Assembly: GCA_963836235.1 (NCBI GenBank) | Contig: CAWIIP010000004.1 | Coordinates: 160,001-224,000 of the forward strand | Direction of reading: 5' to 3' | Length of the DNA: 64,000 bases | Origin: an uncultured Pseudomonadota bacterium | GTDB taxonomy: Bacteria > Oederibacteriota > Muellerivitia > Muellerivitales > Muellerivitaceae | Shown: in pieces, positions 26,890 to 37,144 of the stretch | How positions within the stretch are numbered: position 1 is the stretch's first letter | How the letters are laid out: each line of letters opens with the position of its first letter | Made by a program: the position numbers and the translations under genes | The notes under the pieces: generated by a model | Database searches by the model: none | What the model was told of the DNA's origin: nothing | Seen by the model: only the letters and a program-made list of their open reading frames with translations

Positions 26890-27336
26890 ATGAACAAAGA
26901 AAAAATAAAGCCCAAAGGTTTTGAGGAGTTTCATCCATCGTTCTTCCAATGTTTTCCTGTGCTTTTTATCCCCGCGCCGTTATTCGCCTTTCTCATTTTG
27001 GGAGTTCGCCTTTATTACATCCTTTTGCTGGTTTGGTTCCTTGAAATGTCGTTTCTTGTTTCCATCTGGGTTTTTCTTTCGACAACCATCTACTGCATCC
27101 TGCCTGACCGGGTCGAAATAAAAACCGGGGTGTTCGTAAAACGATCAAGAACCGTTCCTTTGAAACAAATCACCAACATCACCTGCAAACAGAATATCGC
27201 ACAAAGGCTTTTCAAGATTGGTGACATTTTCATCGATTCCCCCAGCGGGAAACCTTTTGAATTGGCTTTGGCTGGGGTCGAAAATCACGAAAAAGTTGCG
27301 GAGCTTCTTCTTGCCTTCAGGAAAGAGGTGGTATGA
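26890..27336 (+). CDS. Bacterial PH-domain (bPH_2-like) membrane protein
   Basis: Two TM segments, then YCILPDRVEIKTGVF...VPLKQI...QRLFKIGDIFI. Confidence 0.75.
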   Translation: MNKEKIKPKGFEEFHPSFFQCFPVLFIPAPLFAFLILGVRLYYILLLVWFLEMSFLVSIWVFLSTTIYCILPDRVEIKTGVFVKRSRTVPLKQITNITCKQNIAQRLFKIGDIFIDSPSGKPFELALAGVENHEKVAELLLAFRKEVV

Positions 27337-28166
27337 AAGCTCTCTCTTTTGTTTTCCTTATATGGTTGGTTTATCAACCAATTTTTGCCGATACACCCGC
27401 CGATGATTCTAAGACCCAGGACACTTTAAAGGGTAACGTCGTGGATTTTAGGGATTGGCTGATAAAGGAACTTTCTCAATTCCCCAAAACCCCTAACAAG
27501 AATATGGCTGTTCTTTCAAGAATGTATGCCTCGATCCCAAGGAAAGGCCGGGTCATTAGTTCCAACCAATACAACCAAGCCGCCAAGTCGGATTGGGTGA
27601 AAGGCCAGGTTCTGCAAGGACTTTCCACTTTGAGCCAACAGCTTGCGAATACCGCAGGGACGGCATTCGCACCCCAGGGCGCGGGCCAGCTTCAACAATA
27701 CTCAACTCAATTACAGCAAAGTAACGATCCCCAATTCCAACAGGTTGGGGCTCTTTACTCCCAGGAAGCTCAAGCCTTGCAAACGGGGAACACCCAGGCC
27801 GCCAACCAAGCGGCCAGCCAGGTTGCCGTCGTTCCCCAGCCTTATGTCCCGCCTGGATACCAACCCAGCCAAAACGAAACCTCGTTGGCCGCGACCCTTA
27901 ACCAGATCACAGGGCAGCTTATTAATGCGGTCCTTGGGGTGGTCATCACCCTTTATGGCGGCCCTGCGGCGACCGCTCTTTATTCACAGACCCTTGGGCC
28001 TGTCTTTACGAGCGGCCAGAACCCCGGAACCTCGATAGCTAATGCGGGAAATAGCACCCTCCAAACAGGGGGAAGCTCCGCCCTCCAACAATTAGGAAGC
28101 GTCAACGTGAAGCAACTACAAAACCAGGGGTCGTCAAACGCCGGTGTGGCTCCCCCAGCCCAATAA
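27333..28166 (+). CDS. Secreted Q/A-rich helical protein (possible VirB5-like minor pilin)
   Basis: Signal peptide, Q-rich helices; located just before the pilin-like and VirB6-like genes. Confidence 0.45.
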   Translation: MKALSFVFLIWLVYQPIFADTPADDSKTQDTLKGNVVDFRDWLIKELSQFPKTPNKNMAVLSRMYASIPRKGRVISSNQYNQAAKSDWVKGQVLQGLSTLSQQLANTAGTAFAPQGAGQLQQYSTQLQQSNDPQFQQVGALYSQEAQALQTGNTQAANQAASQVAVVPQPYVPPGYQPSQNETSLAATLNQITGQLINAVLGVVITLYGGPAATALYSQTLGPVFTSGQNPGTSIANAGNSTLQTGGSSALQQLGSVNVKQLQNQGSSNAGVAPPAQ

Positions 28167-28182
28167 TTTAAAGGAGAAAATT

Positions 28183-28545
28183 ATGAGAAAAAGAATTCAT
28201 TTAGGTTGGATGAAGACGATTGTAAACATGACATTGTTCTTCTTTTACACCTGTCAGGCTCATTCCCAGGCTTTAACCAGTATGCCGGAATTATCCCCGG
28301 TCAAAATGCTCATCCTGTTTCTCCTGGACGCCTACGGCCTTTGGAAAATTTTACAGTGCGTCAAGAACGTCCTGGATCATTTGGCTGATTCCAGCAAGGG
28401 GGACCCCAGTGCAAAAGAGAGGGTTTGGGGTAGCGTCCTCGCCATCGTGGGAATCCTCATGGTGGGGGTGGTTTTGAACGTCGTAATCCTCAAGGCGGGC
28501 GAATTCGGAGCGAGGCCAGTTAGTTCCGTTTTGTCCGGCAATTGA
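28183..28545 (+). CDS. VirB2/TrbC-like pilin
   Basis: Long leader plus two hydrophobic helices separated by a GDPSAK loop; AGGAG RBS; precedes VirB6/B3/B4-like genes. Confidence 0.55.
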   Translation: MRKRIHLGWMKTIVNMTLFFFYTCQAHSQALTSMPELSPVKMLILFLLDAYGLWKILQCVKNVLDHLADSSKGDPSAKERVWGSVLAIVGILMVGVVLNVVILKAGEFGARPVSSVLSGN

Positions 28546-30465
28546 ATGGGAAAGCACTTTCTTCTTCTCACTTTTATTTGCTTCTTGGGAGCTTCAAGAG
28601 TTTTTGCTCTTTCGGTTTTGTCCACCGACAGCGGCCCAACCTCGCAAACAATCGAGCAAGGCGTCGCCGCGGGGATCTTCGATTCGATGACGAAGCACGC
28701 GGGGGATTGGGTCGCCCAGGGGATGGATAAAATCGGTAATTGGGCTTTGCAGACCTTATTCGGAATTTACGATAAATATATCGGCACTTTCCTTATCTAT
28801 ATCCCGAATTTGGCTTCTCCTAATACCTACACCGCGTTGGTTAATAACCTGGGAGCAGTCAATACTGGGGCCAATGCCGTCCAAGTGGTTTTGAATATTC
28901 TAGAAATAACCAGTGGAACAGGAATATTCATCCTCATTGTGGGGTTCGTGGTCGACACGGGTCAGAGGTCATCGGGCCTATGGAACAGATTCGTAGACCC
29001 GAATCTTGTTATCGGATTTGTGGCGGCATTCCTATGTCTCTTCGGTTGGCCGACGATTCTTTCCTACATGACGACCGGGGTTACGGCTATGGGTTATTAC
29101 CTCTACAACCAGAACACATTGAGAACATCGGGGGTTTTGGAAGGCTTCCAGAATATTGACATCAACGCGGATGGGGGAACCAATGCTTTCCAGATGTCCC
29201 AATATGACTTCAGGGGAAATTTCATCACGGTACAAGGAATCACCTGGAACCTGATTTACCTGGTTTCGTTGGGGTTGGTAGTGCTTGGCTTTTACGAATG
29301 TTATTCGGCGTTTTCTGCCGGAGAGTCCCAAAAGGGGAACCATCGGTTTTTCCAGGCAATGGCCGGGATCATTTTAATTCTTGGAATGCCGACCCTCGTT
29401 CACGTCCTAATCACCAAAGGGGCCGATACAATCGGAAACCAGCCAGTAATACCGGGGCAAACACTCCCCACCTATTCGATCAAGGGATTAATCCAAGACA
29501 ACGGCGTCCAATACCCCCAGCAATCGGGGCAGGCTTCTCCCAACATTGGGACAGCAACTAACACCGCGTCGGCCCCGCCTACAAGCCGGTTGGCTGAGTT
29601 TTCAGCCGGGTTGCTCAAATGCGGGGTTGCCATCTGGGGGCTGATCATTTGTTTTGCCGTCATTTTTGCGAAGTTCTTCCAGGTATTGAACCTATGGGTT
29701 CTGTTCGTCCTTGGTCCCATCTTCATCGGCTGTCTCGGTCACCCTGCGACCGCACCCATCTTTTGGGGAGCGGCCCGTTACTTCATAAAACTCCTTCTTT
29801 ATTCCGTAATTTGGGCCATTACTCTTGTCGGCCTTTACCTGATTCCAAACATCAATTGGGGAGTGGAAACAATTGGGGTGAATAGCCTTCTTACCGCAGT
29901 GGCGGTACTGGCCGGCCTTCAACTCATCGCAAACGTCCAGGAATTCGCTTCCCTATTCACGACTTTTTCCGGGGCCAATCTCAAGGGGGAGGGCTACAAG
30001 GAATTCACCCGTGACACCAAGGGGGTCGTTGGCGGAGCAAACCAAGCACGGCTTGGGACTTTTGGGATGATGAATAAGATGACAGGAGAAACCGGTCAAG
30101 CGGTGGGGGCCGCAACAGGAGCGGCGGTAGCTTCCATAATTCCAGGAGTCGGGACAGCAAGCGGGGCTTTGGCGGGACAAAAGGCGATGAAGGGATTAAA
30201 CACTGTCGCAAAACTCGGAGGGATGGGCGGGAAACCCAAGTTTTCAGACCCGAACAACCCCATTTCCAGTTTCTTGAAAAAGTTTTCCGGAGATTCCATT
30301 TCAGGAAGTCTGAAAAAGGATTCCAAAAACTTTAATAATTTCACTCCCGAAGAAAAAGAAAAACACAAATTAGTAAGTGATTACGCGAAAAAACTTCAAA
30401 AGGGGAAAGAGGGTTATAAGCCAAGGTCGGGAAACCAGGGTTCTCAGGGAAAGGGGACCGTTTAA
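28546..30465 (+). CDS. VirB6/TrbL-like polytopic T4SS membrane protein
   Basis: Many TM helices, LFVLGPIFIGCL motif, G/A-rich C-terminal tail. Confidence 0.7.
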   Translation: MGKHFLLLTFICFLGASRVFALSVLSTDSGPTSQTIEQGVAAGIFDSMTKHAGDWVAQGMDKIGNWALQTLFGIYDKYIGTFLIYIPNLASPNTYTALVNNLGAVNTGANAVQVVLNILEITSGTGIFILIVGFVVDTGQRSSGLWNRFVDPNLVIGFVAAFLCLFGWPTILSYMTTGVTAMGYYLYNQNTLRTSGVLEGFQNIDINADGGTNAFQMSQYDFRGNFITVQGITWNLIYLVSLGLVVLGFYECYSAFSAGESQKGNHRFFQAMAGIILILGMPTLVHVLITKGADTIGNQPVIPGQTLPTYSIKGLIQDNGVQYPQQSGQASPNIGTATNTASAPPTSRLAEFSAGLLKCGVAIWGLIICFAVIFAKFFQVLNLWVLFVLGPIFIGCLGHPATAPIFWGAARYFIKLLLYSVIWAITLVGLYLIPNINWGVETIGVNSLLTAVAVLAGLQLIANVQEFASLFTTFSGANLKGEGYKEFTRDTKGVVGGANQARLGTFGMMNKMTGETGQAVGAATGAAVASIIPGVGTASGALAGQKAMKGLNTVAKLGGMGGKPKFSDPNNPISSFLKKFSGDSISGSLKKDSKNFNNFTPEEKEKHKLVSDYAKKLQKGKEGYKPRSGNQGSQGKGTV

Positions 30466-30756
30466 ATGGCAATACCCCTTGAGAAGGAATCCAAAATGTG
30501 GGGGCTCTTTTATTCCTCCGATTTTAATAAGTTGATGTTTGTTTTTATCGGGGATGCGTTTGCCTTCGTCGCTTTCATGGTCTTCTGGGGCCTGGAGGGT
30601 TCTTTAATTCTTTTTTTTGGAATCCTGAGCCTCACCACTATTTATTTCGTGATGAAAAGCTTTTGGCCTGAAAAACACCTGGAAAATATGATTCGGTACA
30701 ACAACGAACCGAAACAATATTTCCCAGGCGGGGAACAAAGCGAGTTTGAACCATGA
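30466..30756 (+). CDS. VirB3/PrgI-like small membrane protein
   Basis: Two TM helices, immediately upstream of and overlapping the VirB4-like gene. Confidence 0.6.
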   Translation: MAIPLEKESKMWGLFYSSDFNKLMFVFIGDAFAFVAFMVFWGLEGSLILFFGILSLTTIYFVMKSFWPEKHLENMIRYNNEPKQYFPGGEQSEFEP

Positions 30757-33326
30757 AAGGATTTTTCGAAACTAAATCAAAGCATAACCCGGTCGCTGGA
30801 CTTTTAAGGATAAGGGCGGTAGGGCCGGGATATCTTGTATTGAGGAATCCCGACCAATATGTCTGTATTTTCAGGTTAGCCGGTGGATTGAACCCATGGA
30901 TGGAAGACACTGAGGTATTGGGAGAAAAGGTCAGGAAATTAGATTCGGTTTTGGCGGATTTGAGGAGCGGGGAAGAAGTCCAATTCCTTACCAAAAGAGT
31001 TCTGGCCGACGTTGAGGAAGTTATCGAACGTTTCGATGGAAGAATCCATGAAAACGCCCCAGAAGTTTTCAGGAACCAATACCCGGAATTTTTGAGAAAT
31101 TGGCTTAGGCGGTTCTATTCGGAAGAAAAGATTTGTCATTTCAGGTCATACATTCTCTTTACCGTTTCGCCCCCAAGTACTTCCAAAAAAGCCAAAGAAA
31201 AGGATTTTTTGCCCATAGAAGAAATCCTGCGGCGAGGAAAATCATGGGTTTCTCAACTCAATATTGTTGGTTTTGAGCCCCAAGAGCCTACCGAAGAGGA
31301 AATATACACCCTCTTATATGAAGAGTTATCCCTAGAAAGATTCCAAGGGAATCCAGACCGGTTCAAAAAATCCTCAGGTTATTCAGGGGGTGATTATGGG
31401 ATTCAAACTCTTAGGGAAATGCTTACCGCGACACCTTGGGATTTTAAAGAACCGACCTATTTCAAGGTGGGGGAAACTTTTGGAAAAACCCTTTATGTGA
31501 CGGAATTCCCATCATTCAACGAGGAAAATCTTTTCTTTCAGGAACTATACGAGCGAACCGACAATTTCAAAATTTCACTCTTTGTTAAAGGGGTTGACCT
31601 ATACCGTGCCCAATCCATCGTGGAAAAACAGATCCAAAGTGACCAAGGAGCCTTGTGGAAAAGAAAAAACGTGATGAATTTCGATGCACAAGCGGCGCTT
31701 GATTACCGCCAAAGCGTCCTTTCCCTGGTTTCAGAAAGAAAAACTTCACTCGCCAAATTTTCCCTCTATATAACACTGTTTTCCAAAAGCCAAAAGGAAC
31801 TCATTTCAGGTTATGAGAGCCTTTCGCGGATGTTCAAGAATGTCCACCCCTTATCTGGATATGCGGAGCAAAAAAGGCTTTTCCTTTCAAACATCCCTCA
31901 AGCGACAGACTTGGCAGGGCATGAGCACCTCCAAGCCACGGCAGTTATGGCAAATGCCGTTCCCTGTTTGTATGACCCCATTGCCGAAACTGAAGGGGTT
32001 CCATTAGGAAAAACTCTTTCGGGGGAAATGGTTCAATTGGATTTGTGGGGAAGGGAAACCGAAAATTGGAACGTCCTTGTGGTTGGTTCCTCGGGTACCG
32101 GCAAGTCCTTCACCATTAACCAACTAATCATCAAGAACCTCGCCTTGAACCCTTACGTGATGATTATCGATAAATCCCAATCCTATAAAACACTCTGCCG
32201 GTTAGCGGGTGGCCGTTACCTCAATTATGACTTGGAGAGTAAAAACCACCTAAATATCTTCGATTATCCCTTGGATGAAATAAAGGAGAAGGAGGGGGAG
32301 ATCGACTCGGAACATATTTCCAGCATCATCATGTACTTGGGAGTAGTCCTCGCCAATATCAAGGAAAACCGAATTGAGGAAACGGAGGAATTGGACAAAG
32401 CGCTGCTTCAGGATGCAGTCAAACAAACCTACCGGAATGCCATCGGTGAGAAAAGGGTGCCTCTTTTAAGCGACCTCAAGGAAACCCTTCTGAAGACAGC
32501 AGACGACAAGAAGATTCCGGGTGAGTTCCAATACCTTTGCCGAAAACAGGCAGAAGTTTTGAAGCTCTTTACCGGGAAGGGAATGTACGCCAACCTGACG
32601 GACCGGGAATCCACCGTAAAAGCGGATAACTCCTTTATTGTTTTTGATACTTCCGGTATCAGCGACAACGACAAGAAGGCGGTGGGGTTGGCCGTCTTCG
32701 TGATATCAAACTACTGCCTTCTAAAAGCCAAGCAGAACAAGGAATTAAACCGGCTTTCCCAACTGGCAATGGATGAGTGCTGGTACTTGGCGCAATACCC
32801 GGCTGGATTGGCTTTCCTTCTTCGTATCGCTAAGACCGCCCGGCATTTGAGGCTCCAGCCCATTTTCGCCACCCAGGAGATTGGGGAGTTTTTTGGAGTG
32901 AAGGGCGTTGAAGCGATTTTAAAGAACACTTCCACCAAAATCCTTTTGAAGTTGGTTGGCGACGACATCGACCACGCCAAGGGCCTTTTACAACTCAACC
33001 CAAACCAAGTGGAAAAAGTCATGAACCTGCATTTGGTGAAGGGCGTCTATTCCCAAGCAATGATTCACCAAACCCTAAGACAGGGAATCGTGAACATTTA
33101 CCCAGATGAGTTGGCTTACCACATTGCAACGACCTATGGCCCAGAAGCGGCCATTCGTGACCTATATCTGGAAACCTATGCTCCCAATGAGGACCCGGTG
33201 GCGACCTTGGGTGCTATCGCCAAATGGATAGAGGACAAGGAAAACAATACGGTATTAAAACCCGCTTCAAAGGAAAAAGAAGGGAAACCCATTTCAATTA
33301 AACGAGACGAGGTTTTGATGAAATGA
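30753..33326 (+). CDS. virB4: VirB4-family conjugative ATPase
   Basis: VVGSSGTGKSF, IIDKSQSY, LNIFD, PLLSDL, MDECW, KTARH, ATQ. Confidence 0.88.
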   Translation: MKGFFETKSKHNPVAGLLRIRAVGPGYLVLRNPDQYVCIFRLAGGLNPWMEDTEVLGEKVRKLDSVLADLRSGEEVQFLTKRVLADVEEVIERFDGRIHENAPEVFRNQYPEFLRNWLRRFYSEEKICHFRSYILFTVSPPSTSKKAKEKDFLPIEEILRRGKSWVSQLNIVGFEPQEPTEEEIYTLLYEELSLERFQGNPDRFKKSSGYSGGDYGIQTLREMLTATPWDFKEPTYFKVGETFGKTLYVTEFPSFNEENLFFQELYERTDNFKISLFVKGVDLYRAQSIVEKQIQSDQGALWKRKNVMNFDAQAALDYRQSVLSLVSERKTSLAKFSLYITLFSKSQKELISGYESLSRMFKNVHPLSGYAEQKRLFLSNIPQATDLAGHEHLQATAVMANAVPCLYDPIAETEGVPLGKTLSGEMVQLDLWGRETENWNVLVVGSSGTGKSFTINQLIIKNLALNPYVMIIDKSQSYKTLCRLAGGRYLNYDLESKNHLNIFDYPLDEIKEKEGEIDSEHISSIIMYLGVVLANIKENRIEETEELDKALLQDAVKQTYRNAIGEKRVPLLSDLKETLLKTADDKKIPGEFQYLCRKQAEVLKLFTGKGMYANLTDRESTVKADNSFIVFDTSGISDNDKKAVGLAVFVISNYCLLKAKQNKELNRLSQLAMDECWYLAQYPAGLAFLLRIAKTARHLRLQPIFATQEIGEFFGVKGVEAILKNTSTKILLKLVGDDIDHAKGLLQLNPNQVEKVMNLHLVKGVYSQAMIHQTLRQGIVNIYPDELAYHIATTYGPEAAIRDLYLETYAPNEDPVATLGAIAKWIEDKENNTVLKPASKEKEGKPISIKRDEVLMK

Positions 33327-33919
33327 CAGAACCCAAAAAAGATGAAGGCCATTCCATTGTCGATGTCATCGAAGAGGAACCTAAAAAGAAGGGATACACC
33401 GGGAAGATTATTATCGGGCTCGTTGTTGTTCTAATCGGTTTGGGTTCCACCCTTTATTGGGGAAAAAGAGGACAGGTGGTGGAATCCAAAAATGATGTTT
33501 CTGGTATTACAGCCCAAAAGGGTAATCAGGACTCCCAATACCAGGATGTAACAGATTTCGCGGAAAAGTTCACAATCATGGCCTTCAATTTCAGTTACAG
33601 CGATATGAACAATCAAGTGGGTAAAGTGGCGGACCTCATGAGCGACAACATGATGTCCTATTACCAGGAGGCTTTCCTTGATCCCAAGTGGGTCGCCTTT
33701 CTTTCGGACAACAAGGCCTATGTTTCCTATCAGCAGATAGACCGGTCGAGCGTGGAAAACACAGATGGGACCCATTATTGGGTGAGGGTCATTGGAAAGA
33801 ACCTTTATATCTCGGATGCCAGGGGATTGGGCTCTCAGATCGAATTGCCTTTTCACATTGTCGTGGTGGTCAAGCGGGAGAACGGAAAACTTATAGTGAC
33901 TGATTTCCAGAGGTTATGA
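33323..33919 (+). CDS. VirB8/TcpC-like bitopic T4SS protein
   Basis: Single TM helix followed by an NTF2-like pattern (FAEKFTIMAFNFSY...LIVTDF). Confidence 0.55.
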   Translation: MTEPKKDEGHSIVDVIEEEPKKKGYTGKIIIGLVVVLIGLGSTLYWGKRGQVVESKNDVSGITAQKGNQDSQYQDVTDFAEKFTIMAFNFSYSDMNNQVGKVADLMSDNMMSYYQEAFLDPKWVAFLSDNKAYVSYQQIDRSSVENTDGTHYWVRVIGKNLYISDARGLGSQIELPFHIVVVVKRENGKLIVTDFQRL

Positions 33920-35394
33920 ATATGGAAGAAAACCTATTGCAAATAAACCCTGAATTAGCCAAACGGTGCCTTCAATCCGCCCACCTATATATGGAAACCA
34001 ACCGGGATAAAGAAGCGTTGAAGCTTTTCGATGAGGTTTTGGCCAAGCACCAGCCCCAAAATGTTGAGGCACACCTTGAATCCGCCAAGATATTTGTCAA
34101 ATACAAACAACCCCATTCCATCTTGAAGGTGATTAACCGTCTTCACAACTTCTCCCCCAAAACCCCGGAAAGTCTCGTCCTGCTTGCCCGTGCCCAATAC
34201 CAATTGGGCAATTTCAGCGACTGCCAAGACTCATTGAAAGAGATTTTTACTTTGAAAAGGGATTTTCCTGAGGGCGTGGCCCTAGAGGCTGAGTTGTGTA
34301 TCCGAACCGGGAAATATGAGACCGCCGTGGAAAAGTTTGAATCCTTGAGCCTCCGTTTTCCAAAAAACTACAATTATTTAACTCTTTTGGCCGCATCCCA
34401 TTACGCCAGAGGCCAATACCACCGGACCATCACTCTTTGTACGACACTCATGCAAGCCGGAGTGAATGACAACAAGGTCAACCGCCTTTATGAATTGGCA
34501 AAAAAGAAAAAGAGAATCGAAGCTTTAGGGAAGTTAAAGAAAGTAAAGCCCCTTAAATGGTTATTCGCCCAACTCTTCGATCCATTTTTGGAAAAAGAAA
34601 TGAGAGCGGAATCCGAGAACCAGACCACCCAAGAAAACCTTGTAAACGAAACTTTGGTAGACCATCGCACAGGGCTCTTAAACGATAGGGCCGCCGTCCA
34701 GCAGATCCCGGCCCTTGCCGCAAGAAGAAAGAACCACTTTTACCTTTCGATGGCGGATATCGACTTCTTCAAGTCCTTCAATGACGTCCATTACAACCAC
34801 CAAGTCGGAAACGCCGTATTGAAAGCCTTGGCAAAGGCGGGTCAGAGCATTTTCACCAAAAACAATATCTGGCGTTACGGGGGTGAAGAAATTGTCTGGG
34901 TTTTCGACGGCACTGAGGAAGAGGCGGTCGAAAAGGCCGAACTATTCAGGAAGCATTGCGAAGAGAAGGTTTCGGATGAAGCCAATGAAATCATAAAGAA
35001 AGAAGAAATAAGACATTTTACCGATGGCTTTGACCACAAAAAGGATGACCAATTCATCATCCATTACCCGGTAACTATCAGCCAAGCCCTGGTTGAGTGG
35101 GGAGAGGACGGAACCAACTTGGAGAATATTTTGACGGCGGCGGACAACGGACTTTACGCGGCAAAGGAAAACGGAAGGAACACGGTGGTTTTCAGGGGTG
35201 CAATCAGGAGCGTTGGGGTTAAGCCCGTCAAATACACCCCGGAATTGTTGGCAATCCTTCATGACTTTTCTTTTAAGAAAAGTTCAACCGATTGGTGGGC
35301 TTACCAGAAGTCGGTTAGTGAGAAGAAGAAAGAAGAGGCTCTGGAATATGCGAGGAATACCCTAATCGAAAAGGAGGTCCCCAAAAAGAAATAG
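33916..35394 (+). CDS. TPR-repeat GGDEF diguanylate cyclase
   Basis: N-terminal TPR-like helices; DHRTGLLN, MADIDFFKSFND, RYGGEEI, AADNGLYAAKENGRN. Confidence 0.85.
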   Translation: MNMEENLLQINPELAKRCLQSAHLYMETNRDKEALKLFDEVLAKHQPQNVEAHLESAKIFVKYKQPHSILKVINRLHNFSPKTPESLVLLARAQYQLGNFSDCQDSLKEIFTLKRDFPEGVALEAELCIRTGKYETAVEKFESLSLRFPKNYNYLTLLAASHYARGQYHRTITLCTTLMQAGVNDNKVNRLYELAKKKKRIEALGKLKKVKPLKWLFAQLFDPFLEKEMRAESENQTTQENLVNETLVDHRTGLLNDRAAVQQIPALAARRKNHFYLSMADIDFFKSFNDVHYNHQVGNAVLKALAKAGQSIFTKNNIWRYGGEEIVWVFDGTEEEAVEKAELFRKHCEEKVSDEANEIIKKEEIRHFTDGFDHKKDDQFIIHYPVTISQALVEWGEDGTNLENILTAADNGLYAAKENGRNTVVFRGAIRSVGVKPVKYTPELLAILHDFSFKKSSTDWWAYQKSVSEKKKEEALEYARNTLIEKEVPKKK

Positions 35395-35430
35395 TTTATT
35401 TGGAAGTTAAATCAAAAAAGGAGAAATCAA

Positions 35431-35733
35431 ATGGCTTTAAAAATCAACGTTACGAGGATGTACCCCTATGAAGGGGAGAACACCAAGGCGTTCTTTGATG
35501 TGAAGGTTGGCATTTCGGGTTACGAATTCTTTTTCAATGATTTGACCCTAGTGAAGAAAAAGGAAGGGGATGGGTTATTCATAGGCTTCCCCTCCCGTCC
35601 CGGCAAAAAGGAGGGTGATTACTTCCACTTTTGTAACGCCAACAAGAAAGCAAAAGAGGAGATTGAGAAGGCGGCTATGGCGGAATTCAAAAAGAAAGCC
35701 AAGGGCAAGGAATCCGCCCCGGCTGGGAAATAA
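35431..35733 (+). CDS. SpoVG-family nucleic-acid-binding protein
   Basis: KAFFDV...LFIGFPSR...YFHFC pattern; AGGAG RBS. Confidence 0.7.
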   Translation: MALKINVTRMYPYEGENTKAFFDVKVGISGYEFFFNDLTLVKKKEGDGLFIGFPSRPGKKEGDYFHFCNANKKAKEEIEKAAMAEFKKKAKGKESAPAGK

Positions 35734-35760
35734 CCAAAACCGTTTTTAGGGGAGGGGAGA

Positions 35761-36048
35761 ATGGATAGGAGAAAACCAGACCGCAGAAACCCAAATCAGG
35801 ATCAGCTCTTGTCTGACAAACAGGTTGCCCTGATGGCCGGGGTGCCGGTCAATACCGTGAGTTATTGGCGCTTGGCGGGTATGCTTCCGTTCGTGAAGCT
35901 CGGAAGGCATCCGAGGGTTTGGCTGTCCGTGTTCCAAAAAACATTCCACCAACCAAAATCAAATGGCCCTTGGGAACCATTGAGTGAAGGTGTTAATATA
36001 CAAACACAAAGTGCAGGTGGCATTAGGAGGAAACATGGCAAGACCTAA
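35761..36048 (+). CDS. xis: Excisionase-type HTH protein
   Basis: LLSDKQVALMAGVPVNTVSYWRLAGMLPFVKLG; directly upstream of the integrase. Confidence 0.75.
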   Translation: MDRRKPDRRNPNQDQLLSDKQVALMAGVPVNTVSYWRLAGMLPFVKLGRHPRVWLSVFQKTFHQPKSNGPWEPLSEGVNIQTQSAGGIRRKHGKT

Positions 36049-37144
36049 TGTACACGGATTACCGCAACATCTTCGAAAGGATGTGGCGGGATACTTTTTA
36101 GAGTATTACTTAAAAGAAGGAGGAATAAAAACTAGGAGAAGGGTCCGATTGGGACACATTCCTTTGGTCCAAGCCAAAAAATTACTGGCCCAAAACATGG
36201 CTGAGATTGTCGAGGGCAAGTTTTTATCAAGCGAAAAGGCGAAAGTCACATTTGCCGAATCCGCTGATTCGTTTTTGGCCTATTCCAAAGCCAGGAAAAA
36301 AAGCCACAGGAACGATCCACCGATCGTATCCCGGTTCAAGGCTTTTTTTGGAAACCGGTCTTTGGAAAGTTTGACCCCTGACCTCGTGGAGGCCTATTTG
36401 ATCCAGAGGCAACGGGATGGACAATTGAACCATAAGGGGAAGCCCATTACGGGAACCAGTTTGAACAAGGAAATTGCCTGCCTCAAGACGATAGTTCGGC
36501 GGGCGATGCTCAATGGACAGATTGATCGCAATCCGATTTTCGGGGTCCGCAAGTACAAGGAAGTACCTAGGAATAGGACCTTGAACCCGGAGGAGTTCCA
36601 GAAGCTTTTTGAGATGGCTACTCCCCGGTTGCGACCGATTATCGCGTTGGGCTACTACACCGGAATGAGGTGTGGGGAGGTCCTTGGTTTGAAGTTTACT
36701 CAACTGGACTTCAAACACAAAATCCTAGTTTTGGAAGCGTTGGACACAAAGACCATGGAGAGGAGGGAAATTCCCTTAAGTGACGCCTTGATCGGGTTGC
36801 TTAGGCAGGTTCCCCCGACCCTGGGAAGCCCCTACGTTTTCACATACAAAGGGAAACCCATGAAGAGCATCAAACGGGCTTTTAAGTGGGCTTGCCGTAA
36901 AGCGGGGATCGACAACTTTAGGTTCCACGATCTCAGACATTGTATGGTCACGAATTTCAGGAAGGCGGGGGTAAGTGACAACGTAATCATGTCGATTTCG
37001 GGCCATAAGACCCATTCGGTGTTCAGGCGGTATGACCGGGTGGATCGGGATGACCGGCATGGTGCCCTTCAAAAAGTTGAAATTTTGATAGACACGAATA
37101 AGACACTCGTAGAAAATCAGTGTCCCTCAGAGGGAGCTAAGTAG
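36035..37144 (+). CDS. int: Tyrosine recombinase/integrase
   Basis: TGMRCGE, FHDLRH, SGHKT, RRYD catalytic set; AGGAGG RBS before ATG 36035. Confidence 0.93.
   Translation: MARPNVHGLPQHLRKDVAGYFLEYYLKEGGIKTRRRVRLGHIPLVQAKKLLAQNMAEIVEGKFLSSEKAKVTFAESADSFLAYSKARKKSHRNDPPIVSRFKAFFGNRSLESLTPDLVEAYLIQRQRDGQLNHKGKPITGTSLNKEIACLKTIVRRAMLNGQIDRNPIFGVRKYKEVPRNRTLNPEEFQKLFEMATPRLRPIIALGYYTGMRCGEVLGLKFTQLDFKHKILVLEALDTKTMERREIPLSDALIGLLRQVPPTLGSPYVFTYKGKPMKSIKRAFKWACRKAGIDNFRFHDLRHCMVTNFRKAGVSDNVIMSISGHKTHSVFRRYDRVDRDDRHGALQKVEILIDTNKTLVENQCPSEGAK

Noticed and set aside
35761-37144. Prophage
   Set aside because: No terminase, capsid, tail or lysis genes; the integrase is linked to conjugation genes.
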